A DNA stretch of 58,893 nucleotides from Patescibacteria group bacterium. Lineage in GTDB: Bacteria > Patescibacteriota > Minisyncoccia > Minisyncoccales > PEYH01. Made by a program: the position numbers and the translations under genes. Location of the stretch: positions 1 through 58,893 of the forward strand of contig JAHITK010000005.1 of NCBI GenBank assembly GCA_018817645.1, given 5' to 3'. Of the stretch, positions 57,458 to 58,893 are shown piece after piece. The notes under the pieces were generated by a model. The model was not told the DNA's origin and did no database searches. It saw only the letters and a list, made by a program, of their open reading frames with translations. Within the stretch, counting starts at the first letter, position 1. Each line of letters starts with the position of its first letter.

Positions 57458-57482
57458 AAGTTAAAAGTTAAAAGTTAAAAGT
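57458..57482. repeat. GTTAAAA-type heptamer tract x3
   Basis: aagttaaaagttaaaagttaaaagt. Confidence 0.75.
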
Positions 57483-57507
57483 AAGGAACGGGAACCGAAA
57501 CAAAAAA

Positions 57508-57807
57508 TTAGTCCTTTTTCTTGATGATGATTTTATAAATATTGTCCAGAAAATCTCCGCCCGCATAGCCGACCACAAAAGCGATTGCAGACGAGAATCC
57601 GATGGTTAAAACATCGTTGCTGATTTTGTTGATTGCCATAGCGCATAACGTCCCCACTATTCCGGAAAGAAATATCATTGAAAAAAAATAAGGCAGATTA
57701 AAGCCCACATTTTTATATGAGTACTGATACTTGATATAGCCGATTAGTCCGCGCACTACTCCCCCTCCGAACCCGGCGATAATAGTAAAAAAATAATCCA
57801 TAATCAA
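57508..57807 (-). CDS. Small 3-TM membrane protein
   Basis: GGFGGGVVRG, VGYAGGDF. Confidence 0.7.
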   Translation of the reverse strand: MIMDYFFTIIAGFGGGVVRGLIGYIKYQYSYKNVGFNLPYFFSMIFLSGIVGTLCAMAINKISNDVLTIGFSSAIAFVVGYAGGDFLDNIYKIIIKKKD

Positions 57808-57898
57808 TGGTGTTAATTATTAGGATATCTTATCACAGATTTTAAAAAAGAGAAAACCGCCGACTATTCTGTTTCCGAAGATTCAGAAATGTCAGCGG

Positions 57899-58177
57899 CT
57901 AAATGTCGAGGCGGAGATGGTGAGAGGCGCACTTTTCTCGCTCGGCAGCAATCGCCGCCGCTTGCTTGAAGAGCTTCTTATACAAGCCCTTAGGGATTTT
58001 GTCCCATCCCGGACTTAAGTGCTCCGCGCTCGTAGTAATGGGCCCTCTGCGCCTAATCTTTTCTTTCCACGATTTCCAGAAAGTCACGGTTATAGGACAG
58101 GGGTCTTTGTAAACCTCCATCTTAACGACAACACCTTTTTCCGTCACAACGACAGATAACGGTTTAAAAAACGCCAC
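57899..58177 (-). CDS. Orphan hypothetical protein
   Basis: GTG start after GGAGGTGA; promoter TTGACA-N16-TATAAT at 58258-58231. Confidence 0.65.
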   Translation of the reverse strand: MAFFKPLSVVVTEKGVVVKMEVYKDPCPITVTFWKSWKEKIRRRGPITTSAEHLSPGWDKIPKGLYKKLFKQAAAIAAEREKCASHHLRLDI

Positions 58178-58279
58178 GATACTCACCTCCTTCCGGATTA
58201 TACCGAATATGCCTCTGGTGTTCTGCTATTATTATACACCCAAAATCTCTATTGTCAATCCCTTTTGCGTTTTTATTCA

Positions 58280-58633
58280 TTACGTGCTTGACATTAGTTT
58301 GATGCCAAGGCCGGCGATTTTGCCTCCGCCCAATATCAAAATCCAGGCAAAGATAGACCAGCTTATCAAATTCATCAGTTTAAACAGGGTTCCCGGCGGA
58401 AAAATTTTTGCCAGCTGGTCGCTCACTGTCTGCTCCATTTGTTTTTGGACATCCGGCGCGCTTGTTGGGCTTAAGGAACTATCTTTATCTAATCCGAAAT
58501 TTATTTCATCAGAGCGGAATACCTGCGGGAGCGCCTGATTGCCCTTAAAAATATTATACGAAGAATACAGACCCCAAAAGATGATCAAGAGGCCAAGGAC
58601 CAAGAGAACGATGCCGATTATTTTGTTTCCCAT
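58280..58633 (-). CDS. 2-TM membrane hypothetical protein
   Basis: Hydrophobic N- and C-termini. Confidence 0.7.
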   Translation of the reverse strand: MGNKIIGIVLLVLGLLIIFWGLYSSYNIFKGNQALPQVFRSDEINFGLDKDSSLSPTSAPDVQKQMEQTVSDQLAKIFPPGTLFKLMNLISWSIFAWILILGGGKIAGLGIKLMSST

Positions 58634-58663
58634 AGTATTTAAATTCAAGACTATATGTTAATT

Positions 58664-58777
58664 CCTTAGCGAATCAAGCGTTCTGCGCCCGCCTGCAACG
58701 CTTTGCCCGCCAGAAACGCTGTATCTACTGCGGGCTGGCGTAGCAATGCGGGCAGGAGCGAAGCGAGCAGGTTCTTT
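58664..58777 (-). repeat. Element B, copy 2
   Basis: Reverse complement of 5228-5340 with one extra nt. Confidence 0.95.
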
Positions 58778-58893
58778 AGACCGAAGGTCGCAAGCGTTCT
58801 GCGAGCGAAGCGAGCAGGTTCTTTAGACCGAAGGTCGCAAGCGTTCTGCGAGCGAAGCGAGCAGGTTCTTTAGACCGAAGGTCGCAAGCGTTC
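58756..58893. repeat. 47-bp tandem repeat, about 2.9 copies, runs to window end
   Basis: Units start at 58756, 58803 and 58850 and are identical. Confidence 0.9.

Noticed and set aside
341-58538. Numerous short antisense or overlapping ORFs in the six-frame track
   Set aside because: They are shadows of well-supported genes, with no motifs or start signals
58756-58893. CRISPR array
   Set aside because: Units are contiguous identical 47-mers with no unique spacers, and no cas genes are present
1-58893. Large inversion or composite transposon bounded by repeats A and B
   Set aside because: The order is A,B ... A',B' rather than nested A,B ... B',A', and the interior is core genes; these are independent dispersed copies
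1-58893. Alternative genetic code, retron/DGR or other reverse-transcriptase system
   Set aside because: Long ORFs close normally at TGA/TAA/TAG under code 11; no RT motifs or template/variable repeat pair seen

Overview
AT-rich bacterial chromosome segment. Its gene content (fermentative glycolysis, split ADP-forming acetyl-CoA ligase, short AspRS, many membrane-anchored hypotheticals, SD-poor core genes) suggests Patescibacteria/Parcubacteria; this is an inference. Genes run on + up to about 17.3 kb and mostly on - after it. The switch falls at a Xer-type recombinase with a dif-like site at its promoter, so the window probably spans the replication terminus. Core genes include dnaJ, tRNA-Lys, rplI, rpmA, rarA, gltX, aspS, valS, trpS, murG/ftsW/murD/murL/mraY, a glycolysis cluster, trxB, galU and ftsZ. 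The most striking layer is a set of short repeats. (1) A RAYT-type HUH transposase has a 21-bp palindrome on each flank and another copy inside its own ORF. (2) Other REP-like palindromes occur, two of them in frame inside housekeeping genes. (3) 7-bp periodic tracts sit at gene junctions and inside eno. (4) Two larger elements (about 150-200 bp and 113 bp) are each present twice in inverted orientation; the 113-bp one appears to supply a -35 box. Other features: a 531-aa LAGLIDADG intein with a Zn-ribbon in ppsA, a doubly frameshifted hicA, a solo Gam, a solo GGDEF, self-contained orphan expression cassettes with strong SD sites, and two promoter-driven ORF-poor structured regions (ncRNA candidates). 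All assignments come from reading sequence and motifs; no searches were run.
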